A DNA stretch of 63,617 bases, filler included, from Nemertoderma westbladi (lineage: Eukaryota; Animalia; Xenacoelomorpha), in NCBI GenBank assembly GCA_032718475.1. It is 3 parts of 3 records of this genome, joined end to end, with 100 filler letters (N's around TTAATTAATTAA, not from the genome) between each part and the next. Parts side by side here need not be neighbours in the genome. Positions count along the whole stretch, not along the records: positions 1 to 20,614 come from JAUCBJ010002861.1; 2 more parts are not named here. One strand, 5' to 3'. Shown here in pieces: positions 1 to 13,900 of this stretch (within the stretch, counting starts at the first letter, position 1; every line of letters starts with the position of its first letter). A program made the translations under genes and the position numbers. Under the pieces are notes generated by a model. That model saw nothing but the letters and a program-made list of their open reading frames with translations. It did no database searches and was not told the DNA's origin.

Positions 1-382
1 CCCTGGAGGACTCACCCTAAAACATAGTGATCTGATTGCAGCAATAATTTCCTGAGTCCAATATGATTCAAGTATACTGATCATACATGATTGAGAGAAT
101 GTATCGAAGCCAACAAAGACAACAGCCAGATTTCTAACTCTTAGTTGACAATAGGATCCCTGGTGTAATGTAATTTAATATAACTAACTATATTGTAGCT
201 TTGCAACAATAGAGATCAACAAATTTCTATGCAAAGATCCTAAGTTTTTAGTTGCCCTTCTTGGGTATGGGGACCAACTCACTCGTTTTCATTTCTTATG
301 ACGCACTCATCCAAACACTCAGGCATTTTATAAAGACCCCAGGGGTATATCTGGCGCTAAGTTGATTGATCTCCATGGTATA

Positions 383-544
383 TGGACCAGGACTTTTCAT
401 TACGACCATTCGTTCCAGACTATTTGTCCCCAGACCTTTCGTCCCGAAGGACTTTTTGTGCCAGACTTTTCATCCCTGAGACGAATAGTCCAGGGACGAA
501 TAGTCCATGGATGAAGAGTCACATGACAAAATGTCCCAGATCCG
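383..544. repeat. Short MITE-like element with inverted subterminal repeats
   Basis: Left half has GAC(T/C)(A/T)TT(C/T)GTCCC-type units and right half has their complements (GGGACGAATAGTC); ends GGA...TCC; no clean TSD. Confidence 0.35.
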
Positions 545-1824
545 ATTTCCATGATTGGACTGACTGGCACAGATGCTGACAACCTGCTGATTGGTAAGCT
601 CCTGTAGAATATCAGAAACCTTTTCAGGGACCAAGATTAAGACTTAAATTCTGACTTAGCCACATCTTTGGCAGCCTTAGTGATTTTGAGCCTTGATTAT
701 TCTGTGCCTTAGTAATATTCGCTTGCTAATTTGGAATTGGCCAGTATAGGGTGCCTTAGTCTTAGTAATGCAGAAGAATTGAGAATTTACATGGCCGATC
801 ATGAACTGTGTTACACGTAGGCTGGGCCATAAAAAAGGAAATCAGATTTGCCTAAGGATAAAAAGATGCGATTCTATGGTAAAACATATCCAATAAATTC
901 AATTTTTGATGAAATGGGACATGGGCCCCAAGTCGACTCAACATTGACCCCTATGCGTGGTATTTAATGGATATTCTACATATCCTGTCAAACCATGACA
1001 AACTTTCTATACTCATATGGCACAGAGAGTATGCTCATTCGAACTGAAATCATAATCCCATACAAGCGCATTTACGAAACAATTATCACCTCCATTGAAA
1101 ACACATAATCACGATTAGGATTCTAATCGCAATGATCGATTTAGTGCGTCATAGACAACATCAAAATGAAAGTAGACTAATTTAACATATTGCATAAATT
1201 CGTTATACATGCTCAATCGGACCTCACAATTCCATTCAGTTAATGATGAGGCAGCTGACAATGCATTCTAGTGGTGTGGTTGATATATTATGTTAATATG
1301 TAATGTAGTACACACTAAATAAACAATAACCATTAATCCCTAGACAGAAAGGTTCATCAAATTTGGTCAGCCAATTTTAATTTCTAGTAGATCAACTGTA
1401 CATACCCTAACCAATGGGGCTAAACTAATGGATCACTCCTACTCTATGATAAGCCGTCAGTCACTGCAAATGTTTCTTACCAATAGTTTCTTACTAAAGG
1501 ATTAAAGTAGTGATATTTTTCGATAGGAACAGGTACCCAGATAATTATTATGTACAAACTATACAAAGCATCATGTTGGCTAATGGGAAATTGTATCGAT
1601 TTGTGAATCTTTGATTATCAATTTGGGCTACTGATTGCTGTTTGATCATTCATGTCCTTATATAGGCCTATAGAGGTTTACTGTGTGTATAATATATTGA
1701 AGGGGCATCATATGAGAATTATTATTAGTATTCCTGATTTATGATTTGTGGCAGATGGTGGGGGATTCTGTACCTTATAGAGAACAGGTTAAAAAATTGA
1801 CAACACTTCGTAATAAAGCGAGAG

Positions 1825-4210
1825 GGGGGGGGGGGGGGGGGGACTGGATGCATATCCCAACTTGGCGAATTAATATCCCGCCTCAATGTTAAATTCTCAA
1901 TTTAGGGAAAGGAGCAGGTTACAGTGGCACGTTATTTTAACCAAAACAATAAACTAAGCAGGATGGAACAGGTTACAGTTTTATTTTTGAGAGTAATCAG
2001 CTGTTATTTGCGTCGAATTTCCCCTGGAGAGGGATGAATTTTATTGCGTCGAAAGTCCCCCCCTATCTGAATAAAGCTCACAACAGATAAGTGAAGTTCT
2101 TCAATGATGAGTATATTTGTAACTGTTCCATTTATTTGTAGCTGCACGAGTGTACCACTGTGGTTACCGCACCGCGACCCTGACAGCGACCATGACGACG
2201 ACAACAAACTGCAACTGCAGCAGCGAGACTGCAACAGCGACAGCAACCACAATAGTGACCACGACCGTGGCAGTGACCACGACCATGACCACCAGGTATA
2301 CATGGCAACAATCTGGAAAGTGTGTTTGACAAGAATGAATATCATTTGGTGTTTGTTCACAAGTGATGCCGTTCAGGGCAGTTTCGAGTAGTTTGAAAAG
2401 CAATTTGATCGGATTAAATAAATACTAAATAAGATAGAGTGCATCGGGGGCGGTGGTGGTGCAATGCAGTGCTGTATGCATTTTAATAAAATTGCTTTCA
2501 CAGAGAATGTAAGTTTTGCCACTTGCAAATGACACAATCCAGTCTCCCCTGTGATTTCAATGTGTTAATTGGTCGACATAATTAGATGGGTTCTGTATAC
2601 CAATGCCTGCAAATGCAAAGGGATATGCAAAGAGTTCCATTGCAACCGGGAAATAAAGTGGGACAGAGAAATGATAAGACTGATCGCGATAAGAGAAATG
2701 TTAACCATGTCAAAGTCTCAATCCACTAACTGCTGATGCATTAACTTTGATAACTTTTCCTGCAGTAGGAGTTGGTACTAGATAGTAGTTACTAACGGGT
2801 GGGCGACAGGAGGATATTGGATCTCATTGATCACCCTATCGATAGATTCATTGAAGTAGATTGAGAAAATATGCTGGAAGTTGAACTTTATTGGTTTTCG
2901 CCAACGAGTTTTCTCTCTCAAGAATGACCGAGTATAACTTATATGGATGGGGATTTATTAAATCTATTACAGTCCGCTGCATTTTAATGCTGCACTTCAG
3001 AAGTTTAAAGGTTAGAGGTCAATATGTACTGTACACATTATATACCGGTACACACCTCATTACAGCGGCGAATTGAATCCTTCTGTATTTTAATTTCTAA
3101 GGTGAAAATAATTTAGGTAATTTGAATTCAGTTTCTGATCGTATAAACAAATTTTCTATCTTTGAACTGCCATTTGCCGGTAATATCAATCGAGCTATTC
3201 TATCAAGCTTATACCATTCAGATAGTAAGCCGCGAGGGAAAACAGAGACCTCGTAAAATGGAACACAACTGACAGGCACCATGTTTGCTTTAATTAAAGC
3301 CTAGCATCCCAAACTATGCGAGAGGAATGTAACAAACGCTTCATGGTACAATGGCTACCACGCCAAAAATAATACTAAATGCTATAGTAAACGTATCAAG
3401 GGATAACCTAAATAAAAACGTTGCTACACAAGAGTTAGGCAAATCGGACTTAATTGGATTAGGCAGTTTGTGTAAAGACATTAAACATTTCCATTGATGA
3501 TGTAATTGGATATGACTGTTGGCACAACTTGGATTCCCAAATCCGCCCGTAATTAAGGAAACCCTGGCCGCTCCACAACTAATACATGATTTATTTTGTA
3601 GGACGAAGAAGGAATGTAACATTTAGATTTACCGAACAGCAGCGGCCTCCAACTGTGACTCGAACGCGGCAGATTTACAATGTTGAGTCACGGAATGCCC
3701 TAAGCAAGTTGGTATTCTTCAATGATACCGCGGCGAACTGTAGGCCTACCGTAGATCTGTCGGGTCCATATTGTTTCAGTCAGTATGATTATTAATTATT
3801 ATTACAAGATTATATTTATTATGTCACCATTGTGACCATCTGGAATATTTTTTACATATGCACATATCAATTATAATAATTGCATTTGCATAGGAACGCA
3901 GTCTAAGATATGGGGGAATATTGACTAAAAATGAAATTCTCAGGACGCTAAGAAAATCAAAATTCATACCAAAATCAATCGATATAGTCATCCCTCTCCA
4001 AGAGAAAATCGACGCAAATAACAGCTGATTAACTCTCGAAAATATAACTGTAACATGTTCTATTGAGTTTCGTTTATTGTTTTGGTTAGAGTAACGTGCC
4101 ACTTGTAATCTGCTCCATTCCCTTAATTGATAATTTAACATTGAGGTGAGATATTAATTCGCCAAAATTAGATGTGTTATGGCTACGCCTACCCCCCCCC
4201 CCCCCCCCCT
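1825..4210. repeat. Inverted pair of a dispersed ~200-bp repeat (about 1825-2030 and 3995-4210)
   Basis: TTGGCGAATTAATATCCCGCCTCAATGTTAAA...AACCAAAACAATAAAC...CAGCTGTTATTTGCGTCGA at 1860-2017 is the diverged reverse complement of 4008-4168, bounded by poly-G and poly-C; further copies near 8830-9030 and 61220-61310. Confidence 0.6.
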
Positions 4211-4923
4211 CCGTACTTACTTACTTACTACTCCACAGGACGGGTAGAGCGCCCAAAGTGTGGATACTGTAGAAGGTACGCCAAGAAATTGTACAAACGC
4301 GTTTAAGCACAGTAGCGTGACCAGAATTCGATGTGTTCCTCTTGGCAAGAAATTGATATGGTTGATGGGTAGAGTCGCAGTAGGAGTTCAAATATATATT
4401 ACATCGAATACATTTGTAGGGATAATAAACTTGTATGCATGGCATCTGACTTATAGAATTATTGTTAAAATGCTATAAACTAATGTTTCTTAAGAAATAT
4501 TAGTCCGTAGTCCTGCCAGAGTTTGCCATTTCAGATATTAGTTGCGCTGAACAGGAATTTAATATCATTTGCTATTAATGAATGATTGCCAGCAATTGTT
4601 CTGAAAACTATAACAATTTATCATGTTAATATTTTATACTTTATTTTATACTTTATTTTATACTTAGTATCCCTGTCACATTCAGACAGTTTGAATTTGT
4701 TATCTCAAATTATCCCCGCCTTGCATGGCCTTTCGATGCTTTCAACTTGAAACGTCCTACAAAATTTCGTCTTTTTTTTTTTTAATAAAGACTGTAATAT
4801 TTTAAAATTATAGAGTACTTGAAGTAAATAATAATTGTATTAATTAAATATTAAAATTACTACAATACATAATAAGTTCCATATCATAATAATTATAACA
4901 ACTAACAAAGTTGTTATCTCAAG

Positions 4924-6057
4924 ATGGCTGGATTGCAAAAGGCAAAAAAATATGACTGGAAGGACTCCAACATGTCTCTGGTGGGATCTGATTTAGACAA
5001 AGAAATTAAAGTTGAAAGCGCTGGTCAGGAGAAGGCTTGGAAAGGTACTAAGGAGCCATTGGGAGTTGATAGCTCCCGTCTGCACATATGGAGAGTGAAT
5101 AAGTTTAAAGTAGAACATTGGCCTGAAGATAATTATGGAAGTTTCTATGATGGTGACTCGTACATAGTACTGAACACCTACCTAAAAGACCCAACTACCC
5201 AGGCGTTGGCATATGATGTTCACTTCTGGATTGGGAGACACTCAAGCCAAGATGAATATGGTACCGCCGCCTACAAAACAGTTGAATTGGATACCTACCT
5301 GAATGACGTCCCGGTACAGCACCGAGAGGTACAAGCTCATGAGTCTTCGCTCTTTCTGTCCTATTTCAAATCGATAGTTTACATGAAGGGTGGAGCAGAT
5401 ACCGGTTTCTCGCAAGTAAAGCCCGAGGTATACACACCAAGATTGTTCAAATTCGAGTCTGAAAGATTCAGCACGGTATCAGCAACACAGATACCTTTTT
5501 TAAAGGAAAATATGAGGAGTGGAAGTGCGTATGTAATCGATATTGGCTTAACAGTTATTATCTGGAATGGAGCGGAGGCCAGTAAGATGGAATCCTTTAA
5601 AGCGACGACGTTTGCTGGCAATCTGAAAAGCGTAAGAAACGGCCGAGTAGAATGTGTGAATGTAAGTGAAACAGAAGATCAGAGTCGTGTGGAAGCCATC
5701 TTTGAAGAAAATGTTCCAGATCCTGACGACATTGATGACGACGATGATGATGAAGTAGAAGAGGTTGATGTGAGTAAGAGTGTGTTTGTAATTTCGGATG
5801 AAACCGGTGAAATTTGCTTCAACGTAGTCGCAGAAGGAGTGTCGGATCAAAGTGTTATAAATAGCGACGCGGTGTTTGTTTTGGACGACGGCAAAGAATG
5901 TATTATATGGGTTGGACGAGAATCATCCAAAGGTGAAAGTCGTAATGCCCTGAAATACGCGCACAAATATCTACAGAAGTCCACTCACCCACTGGTACCC
6001 ATATCAGTAATAAGAGAAGGCCAGATGGAAGATAAGATCACAAGCTTTTTCAGCTAA
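4924..6057 (+). CDS. Gelsolin-like (severin/fragmin-type, three gelsolin repeats) actin-severing protein, intronless
   Basis: 377-aa ORF; N-terminus MAGLQKAKKYDWKDSN typical of invertebrate gelsolin-like proteins; motifs IWRVNKF, FYDGDSYIVL, HFWIG..SSQDEYGTAAYKTVELD, QHREVQAHES, IIWNG, IIWVG. Confidence 0.95.
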   Translation: MAGLQKAKKYDWKDSNMSLVGSDLDKEIKVESAGQEKAWKGTKEPLGVDSSRLHIWRVNKFKVEHWPEDNYGSFYDGDSYIVLNTYLKDPTTQALAYDVHFWIGRHSSQDEYGTAAYKTVELDTYLNDVPVQHREVQAHESSLFLSYFKSIVYMKGGADTGFSQVKPEVYTPRLFKFESERFSTVSATQIPFLKENMRSGSAYVIDIGLTVIIWNGAEASKMESFKATTFAGNLKSVRNGRVECVNVSETEDQSRVEAIFEENVPDPDDIDDDDDDEVEEVDVSKSVFVISDETGEICFNVVAEGVSDQSVINSDAVFVLDDGKECIIWVGRESSKGESRNALKYAHKYLQKSTHPLVPISVIREGQMEDKITSFFS

Positions 6058-7392
6058 GCTAAGAAGCTAAGCTAAGCTAAGCTAAGCTAAGAAGATTATT
6101 AGATAGTTAATGATTTTCATAAAAAGCGAACGAAGTAGGAACAGGATATTAAATTTACTGCACTAATACCCACATCCGTTTAACCTACCATTTTAGTTTC
6201 TAGTAGTTTCTACTAGTTTCTAGTAGTTTCTAGTAGTTTCTAGTAGTTATAGTAGTTTCTAGTTGAATAATATTATATTGTTCAGATTCTTTACTTTGTA
6301 TACATGCAGACACCACCCCGACAGAACTGAATTGCCCGTTTATTTTAGTTTTCTATCGCCAACTGTCTCAATGTTTATAATAAAATAACCTAGTAGAAAG
6401 CAGTGACTTTTCTCCTACTTGATAACTGAAACGTTATGTACATGTACGTACGTTCCCTTATGTATCATTAATTAACAATCCATATCCCCCAGGGAGTCAC
6501 AAGATAACGCCTTCCTGTGGTACAAGACTCAGACCACAATTCATCCAATCGGGTATCTTGCCATCACACAACCTCAATTTATTTATACCTCGCAATTCTT
6601 CAGTTGCGCAATCGATATCAACAGACCCGTCATTATTTGCGTAATTGTAAATATGAATGCATTATAATGGCTATCCATGGATTGATTTCAATGCTAGAAT
6701 TCTGCAAACTGGAGTTATTTGTGTGGTACTGTGAACTGTGAGAATAATGTTGATTAATGAACAACAGCTGTGTGGGAAACTCACAGTTAGTCAATAGTTA
6801 GTGTAACTTAAGGAGAGATAGAAGGGGGAGGGGGTAGTGCATAAATCCATCGCACTGCAATCAATGATGTTATGCCCTACTGAATTCCGCACGAGCTGAG
6901 TTTTAATATCGGCAATCGTTGTTTGAATCTCTCGCAATCACCAACTTTCCTAAAACTAAAAGGCTTGATCAGCCTGCACTTAATTAAATGCGACCTTGAA
7001 GCATTTTGCTTGAGACAGTTTGGATTAGTGTTGAGAGGACACAACTCAATGTCCAAACCACCAAGCCTTTTTAATCCTACTATAAAGGTGGTCCCATTTG
7101 ATGTAGCTGCTGTATAATACAAAGTCGTGAGGTCAACTGGACACAACCACGTGAAATATTCCCAGGTTTTTCAATTTATAGGTAGAAACTCAAAAGAAAA
7201 ATTGCATTTCTTATCATTTCTGTGAGGTATAATAGTGGTTTTGCCAGAAAGAGAGGGTCGTAGATATCACAATCAATACATTTTCAAGGGGATGGAATCA
7301 AAGAAATATAATCGTAAGGTAAATATATTCAAGGCAACAGTTAACGATCCGCTGATTAACACATCTCCTGCTGGGTTCTTTGCGCTCTATCC

Positions 7393-7560
7393 ATTCAGCT
7401 AGCGGCTCAGGTAAAAGATAGACCTGGAAATACTATCCGATACCTTGTATGTCCGCAATTTACCTCCTCATGGCCTCCCATCTGCCAATACCATAATCTG
7501 CTGCAACTCTGCCACTGTGCTCAACCCTACTGTTCTTGGCCGTCTTTAACCACTCGCATT
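7393..7560 (-). mobile_element. SINE fragment (Deu-domain-like), inverted relative to the copy at 7640-7863
   Basis: Diverged reverse complement of 7690-7862. Confidence 0.55.
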
Positions 7561-7639
7561 ACCGGTCGCAGTTCTCTTTGTGTGTAAATGGGCTTCCTAA
7601 ATTAGTTGTGTATAATTAGAATGAATAATGAGTGTTATA

Positions 7640-7863
7640 ATTAATCATTGTGGCCGTGATGGTTCATGCTTAATATGCATTACCCTTTCATTGTAGCGAG
7701 TGATTAAAGACGGCCAAGTACTACTGTAGGGTTGAGCACAGTGGCAGGGGCAGCAGATGATGGTATTGACAGATGGGAGGCCCTGAGGAGGTAAATTGCG
7801 GACATACAAGGTATCAGGTAGTATTTCCACGTCTACCTTTTACCTGAGCCGCTAGATGAATGT
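7640..7863 (+). mobile_element. SINE 3' part (Deu-domain-like)
   Basis: AGGGTTGAGCACAGTGGCAGGGGCAG resembles the recalled DeuSINE/AmnSINE core; same family as 9450-9680. Confidence 0.55.
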
Positions 7864-9196
7864 TTAGAATGTCAGACTTTCAACCCGGAGGTGACCAGTT
7901 CGATCCCACCTGGACGTCATTGCCGAATTTGCAAAGCTGTCCCCAACAAAAGTTATAATAAGACAATAAATACAACCAAATAAGACCAATTATAACATGG
8001 TAACATTTCAAAAAACAAAACCAATTGCAAACCCGTACCCTATAAACAGGAAGGTGTCTTGCCAACCATTGCTACAGAATAATCGCCCTGAGTGTGAAAG
8101 CAGAAGGGTGATGAGACTTGATATTGAGGTCAATCAAATTACATGCATGAACTTCTGCTACAAGACTGGTATTGATCAAGCAGATAACATAGACTCTTGG
8201 TGGATATTAGGGAACTGTAGATGAGTTGTATAGCTGTGTGGCATCATAGCGATGTAGATAGAAGGAGAGTTTCGAAGCAACTAGACCTCTTGACTTTATA
8301 AACATACAAATTATTAAATGGAATTGTATTTCAGGGATTATATATTTTATGCATTATTTTCAGAATTCTTTAGACTACGTCCTAAAGGAGACCAGATGTT
8401 GCTCAACAACTTGTGAATAATTAATTTATCGCTAATTCGGCCACTACTGACAACAAATAAGGAATTTGTTAGAACGATGACACTTTAAACCAAATAAAAT
8501 CATGATTACACGCAGAGCAACATGCACCGTATGTATTAATTACGTATTCAACACTTGTGCACACCAGACGTGCGGTATGAGTGCCGCAAGGCTCTTCCCA
8601 AGTGGCCTGCACTGTACTTGCTAACAAAGCAAATTAACATAACTCTAATTTCGCATGTAGGAAACAATAAGGAAAGATGACAATAAGTCCGCTTTACATT
8701 CAAAGTCAGATATGCAAGGCATATTTAAAGTAAATGTTAAGTCATACTGATCTTGACGCGAGCCTACAGTATGTAAGCGTAAGGGATGTAAGGAAAGTCC
8801 AGATAGGGGAGACGAGTACTTTGGGCGCTTTCGACAGGGGAATATCGTCTCAAATAACAGCTGATTAATATATCAAAGATAACACTATAGCCTCTTCTAT
8901 TAACTTTAGTTAATTGTTTTGGTTGACTAACAAGCCACTAAACCTAATCATTTCCCTTAATTGAAAATTAAACATTGAAACGAGATAATAATTCACTGAG
9001 ATAGAGTTTTAGTTAAGTCCCCTCCCCCTCTCTCGGAAAGCCATTGCAATCATATATATTTAAATCTAGCAATAGAACCTAGCCATTCCTTACATTACTT
9101 GTCATAATCGATGGAATAGAGGAATAGTTCTGAACTTACACTACTACTCTACTACAATATATATGTTGAAATTTATATAGGCCTACATACAAACAT

Positions 9197-9320
9197 GGGG
9201 TAGCTCAGTTGGTTGAGCGCCGGTCCTGCAATCTATTGGTTGTAGGTTCGAGCCCTGCCTGGGTCCATTCAGCCTTTCATGATAGAAGAAAGATCGATTC
9301 GGGGTTGATAAAATGAGGAC
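9197..9320 (+). mobile_element. tRNA-derived SINE head followed by a Meta-domain-like core
   Basis: A box TAGCTCAGTTGG and B box GGTTCGAGCCC, then TCAGCCTTTCAT...GGGGTTGATAAAATGAG resembling the recalled MetaSINE core; cloverleaf stems pair poorly. Confidence 0.6.
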
Positions 9321-9449
9321 TGTGCCAAAAGTTATATCATAATATGATTCCACTCATTCACCCAAAATACCAAAAATCGATTTTAAAAATACTGGTCGTA
9401 TTTCTATATAGGGTTTAACTGACATGCCAAATTTTGTAGATAGAGTGCA

Positions 9450-9680
9450 TATTAATCATTGTGGTCGTGATGGTTCATGGTTAATATACTGTACGCTACC
9501 CTTTCATTGTAGCGAGTGGTTAAAGACGGTAAAGTAAATGTTAGGGTTGAGCACAGTGGCTGTAGATGATGGTACTGGCAGATGGGAGGCCATGAGGAGG
9601 TATAAACTGGGGACATACATGGAATCAGATAGTATTTCCAGCTCTACCACTTTATACCTGAGCCGTAGCGGAGTGGTTAA
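9450..9680 (+). mobile_element. SINE 3' part, third copy of the 7640-7863 family
   Basis: TTAATCATTGTGGTCGTGATGGTTCATG...AGGGTTGAGCACAGTGGC...TTTATACCTGAGCCG matches 7641-7850. Confidence 0.6.
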
Positions 9681-10071
9681 AGTTCCAGGACGAAGGCCCA
9701 AATAACACGAAGGCACGACTCAACATCTCAACAACATGAGGCAAAAATAAGATTTACTAGGAGTCTAAGTAAATTGGTTTAAATAGTTAAATAGGTATTA
9801 TTTATTTATACGAACATGAAATGTTATAGAACAGGAATGTCAGTTGACAAAACCGTTTCTTGACAACACTGACTAGCTCCCATAGGAAAATATCATCCAC
9901 AGGTTTTAGGAGGCGTCTCACAAACGTCATGGGCCATCCACCATGCTTATTTTCTCCAAAAGCACAAGATTGTGCACTGGTCTTCTCGGCGAAAACACTG
10001 CCCTGAAAGCGGAGGTGGCTTTGATTTAGCCCCCCCCCCCCCCACCCCCTCGGCACCCACTGGTCGGAATG

Positions 10072-10940
10072 TACTACTACTAGGAACGGAATCCTGCATT
10101 GCAGCTGCATCTTTAAGAATGCTGTGCCGGCTTGTCGACAAAATTGCGCCGCCACAACTCCCTATCACCCATGACATTTGATAGATCATCCGCATCTTCA
10201 AGGCCAGTGTCCTTTAAGATGCGTCTCAAAAAAGTCATGGGCTGTCCACCATGCTTATTCACTCCATGAGGCTGTCAAAGTACAAGATTATGCACTGGCT
10301 GGTCCTCACGGCGAAAGCAATGTCCTGCAAAGCGGAGGCGACTTTGTTCTAGTGTCAAGCTTGGGGGAACCAATGAGACACCTCGAATGTTATATAGTGT
10401 CTGGTGGAGATGTGTGCATTGTACTTGACACAATGAACCCGGCGTAGCATTCTTGTGAATGTGCCCTCCAGAGATTTGGTGTCCTCAGCAGTTAGAGCTC
10501 AACATGGACTCCCATAGAGGAGTACTGGAACTACTGCTGCTTTAAATAATCGGACCTTAAGTTTCCGATGAATTCTGTGTGACTTCAAAATCCTGGAAAG
10601 CCCATTCAATGCTGGCAATGTCTTTCCCTTACGTATTCGACGGTCCCCGCACACCTGACTTCTGGATCCATGATCCCAAATAACAGAAGTAGTCCACATG
10701 CTCAAGCACACCATCCTTTGAGCCATGCTCATCCGATCAGAGATTTAGTTGTCTAAGTTTTGGTCTTTTCGGAGTTAACTGAATGACCAACACTAGAAGC
10801 TGTATCTTCTAATGAGCTGAGGAACCGTTGGGCTCCCTCTAGTGATTCTGAGAGTACCCCTAAGTCATCAGCGAAGTCTAGATCAGTTAGGTATTTGGCA
10901 AGATTTCTTCAACTTCTGGAGCCAGCAGTGGTCGCAAATC
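10072..10940 (-). mobile_element. 5'-truncated, degenerate RTE-clade LINE with (TAG)n tail
   Basis: Minus strand LTDLDFADDLGVLSESLEGAQRFL (RT C-terminus) and KLKVRLFKAAVVPVLLYGS; ends in TACTACTAC on plus; an older partial 3' copy lies at about 9920-10025. Confidence 0.75.
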
Positions 10941-10954
10941 TGATTGTACTTAAT

Positions 10955-13900
10955 CGTCGTAATCGAATTGTACTTACGCTCTTTTTCCTTTGTAACACCA
11001 TACATACTGTATGTTATGACTTTTTTACAGCCTTTTGACATTGAATATCTCGAGAACTAGGCTGCCCTCACATGGCAGAAGATCCTATCTCCAAAAACAT
11101 CATTTTGAGTAAATTGATGAAACGTAAAACGTGGCTAATAATTTATATAAAGACAGTACATATTGATGTTAAAATGTAGACCTAGTCTATTTGAATTCTG
11201 TATTATTAATGAGACAATGCAAATTTAAACTTATAAAAACCTCAGCATCACCCGACAAAAATAATAATGATTAATGTACATTAGATATGTGCGATATTAT
11301 GATCCCGCGATATTATCGATATTATGATTATTGGTTTTTTTTTATTTTTTTATTTCTGTATCCAAAATAATATAGTAATGGCCAAGATTGTTTGTTATCA
11401 TCGAATATTAAGTATCCTACATATAAAATTGTTAATTCCCAATTCCTCAGTTTCATACAGTATATTGTGCAGCAATAGACCTTAGCTTATTGTATCAAGA
11501 GTTCTTATAGTTCAGGGGATATAATTGTATGGTTCGTTATCGAATTCGGATTCTTCAGTTTCGGTACTTTCTATCAGTTTCAAGGAATTCCAAAAGAGCA
11601 ATTGGTTATCTGGGATCACTGGCGAAAGTTTGTCAAGTAGCGAATCTATTCTGTCTTTGGCAATTCCACGTATGGCTGTTCCCAGGCATCTGGCATACCT
11701 AAGGTAGCCGTTCGCTTCAATAAAATAATGGATTTCCAATTATCTTGCTAGTAGGATTCTTTGAAGAACAGAAGCTTCTCTCCTTTAATGAAACGGACGT
11801 CTATAATTGAGTTCAACAAAGAAAAGGCGCCGCCATCACAGGTCAGGCCCTTTTAAGATTCGAGGCTGAGTTCAGATTAACAAATTTTTAGAAATCCAAG
11901 ATTTGCATTTTCTTCACAATTAATTTACCGCCTGCTGCCTTGTGTACACATTGCGTAAAGTCCTTAAAATCATAAACTTTTTTTATTTCTGAAATCTCCT
12001 TATTCACTCGTCGGTTGAGATTGTAGGAACCCATGTGAATATGACGCGGTTCGAAGTGCCAGAATTGAATATTCTTTGCATCATTACATCCATGTAGCCA
12101 ATTATTAATAGAAGATAATAGAGTATAATGATCGTATACCTCATGCCAAATCACACTAAATACACCTGAATTGTTTCGTAAACCTAAAGGAACAAACGAC
12201 TCATGATATAAGATGATCCGATGGACAAATTGAACATCCTTAAACATTTCCAGAACTGGAAGTATTATTATCTTCCAGAGATCTGCAGAAACAACAAAGG
12301 TGAATAAACGAGGATGTGGCTCATTGGAATCGTAATTCTCGAGCAAGATGAGTACTTCTTTCTAAGCATGTTGGTCTAAGCAAATCCTCATCACGATAGT
12401 TGCAGTGGCGATAGGAATCATGACTCATATTTAATTCACTCTTTATTGGAAAGTTCAGCAAGAGAGATATTCATGCTCATCATAACTTGACGATACATCT
12501 CATAAGATATTTTATTGGTTTGAGTATCGTTGAAGTCATGCAGAAGCTTCACTATGGTAAACTCTGGGGGGAGATATCTTCATTGTGGTGCTTGCTCATA
12601 TTGATAGTGCGTGATTTCGGGTATATACGATTCTATATGGTTCCAAGTTATTGTGTCATCCACTTTGTTATTCGGGTCACGCCAACCCCTCATATCTGGT
12701 GTGGGAGAGATGCAATCTAAAGGCAGATTAGAAATATGTTTAACAACGTAGTTATTGTGTTTCTTATATCCTAGAGTAGTTAGGAAGAATGGCTGGCTTA
12801 CATGGCAACGGAATCCATCAACGTTTGGTAAGAAAAATTTATTAACTACCAACGTTCGAAATCCATTTATTGGTGCAGATCTGTTTACCAATGTGAAAAC
12901 AAATTGTTGGCGTTGAATCATAATAATGTTGTACAATTCGCCGATCTTGAGCAATCGCTTGATTACAATTAAAACTACACCTGCATCGACATTCCGACCT
13001 CCCATCCCTACCATATCCACGTCTCCAACACCACCTCCCATCCCTGCCATATCCACGTCTCCAACACCACCTCCCATCCCCTGCCATATCCACGTCTCCA
13101 ACACCACCTCCCATCCCTGCCATATCCACGTCTCCAAAACCACCTCCCACCCCTGCCATATCCACGCCTCCAACACCACCTCAAATCCCTGCCATATCCA
13201 CGTCTCCAACACCACCTCTCCCATTCCTGCCATATCCACGTCTCCAACACCACCTCCCATCCCTGCCATATCCACGCCTCCAAAACCACCACCAACTTTT
13301 GATCACTTTGGGTAAGATTTGATGAGATCAATTTTTTCCTGTTAAGTTTTTTCCGTATTACTCCTTTCTCCTCAAAACACATAAAAACTCCATCTGTAAT
13401 AAGTAACCATCCAAAAATAAGCAAAATAGGATCCTATAATTTATCATATATTTTTGTAATCCTGTGGTTGATCGTCAAACTTATATATAATTATATTATT
13501 ACTATTCTGACGGCATATTACGACGTACAAAGAGCAGAATGTGGATTAAATATTGTGATAAATGTGTGCTGTAAGAATAATATAAAGCCTGATTCAGAAC
13601 ATCCTATGGACCGATACTTGTTTCAATATATTTGCGGTAAAATGACATACCACTAATTATATGGTAAATGTATGACGGATAGGATAATTTTGTCATAATA
13701 TTCCGAGATAGGATAGTTTGCCTTGAAGAATGTTGTGGGACTACCGAAGATAGGATGTTATGATAATGCTGATATTTCGTTAACCGAATCAGACGTCTAA
13801 ACGGATACCACAACGTGAAAGAGCGCATTCGATTTAGTGAGAACAAGGGTAAAAAAAATTTATTTTTTGGAGATAGGATGTTCTGCCATATGGGGGCAGT

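Noticed and set aside
2004-2403. Overlapping short ORFs rich in D/H or S/W/L
   Set aside because: Degenerate tri/hexanucleotide low-complexity tract with no domain
9197-9270. Possible tRNA gene
   Set aside because: A and B boxes are present but acceptor and anticodon stems pair poorly, and it runs into a SINE-like core
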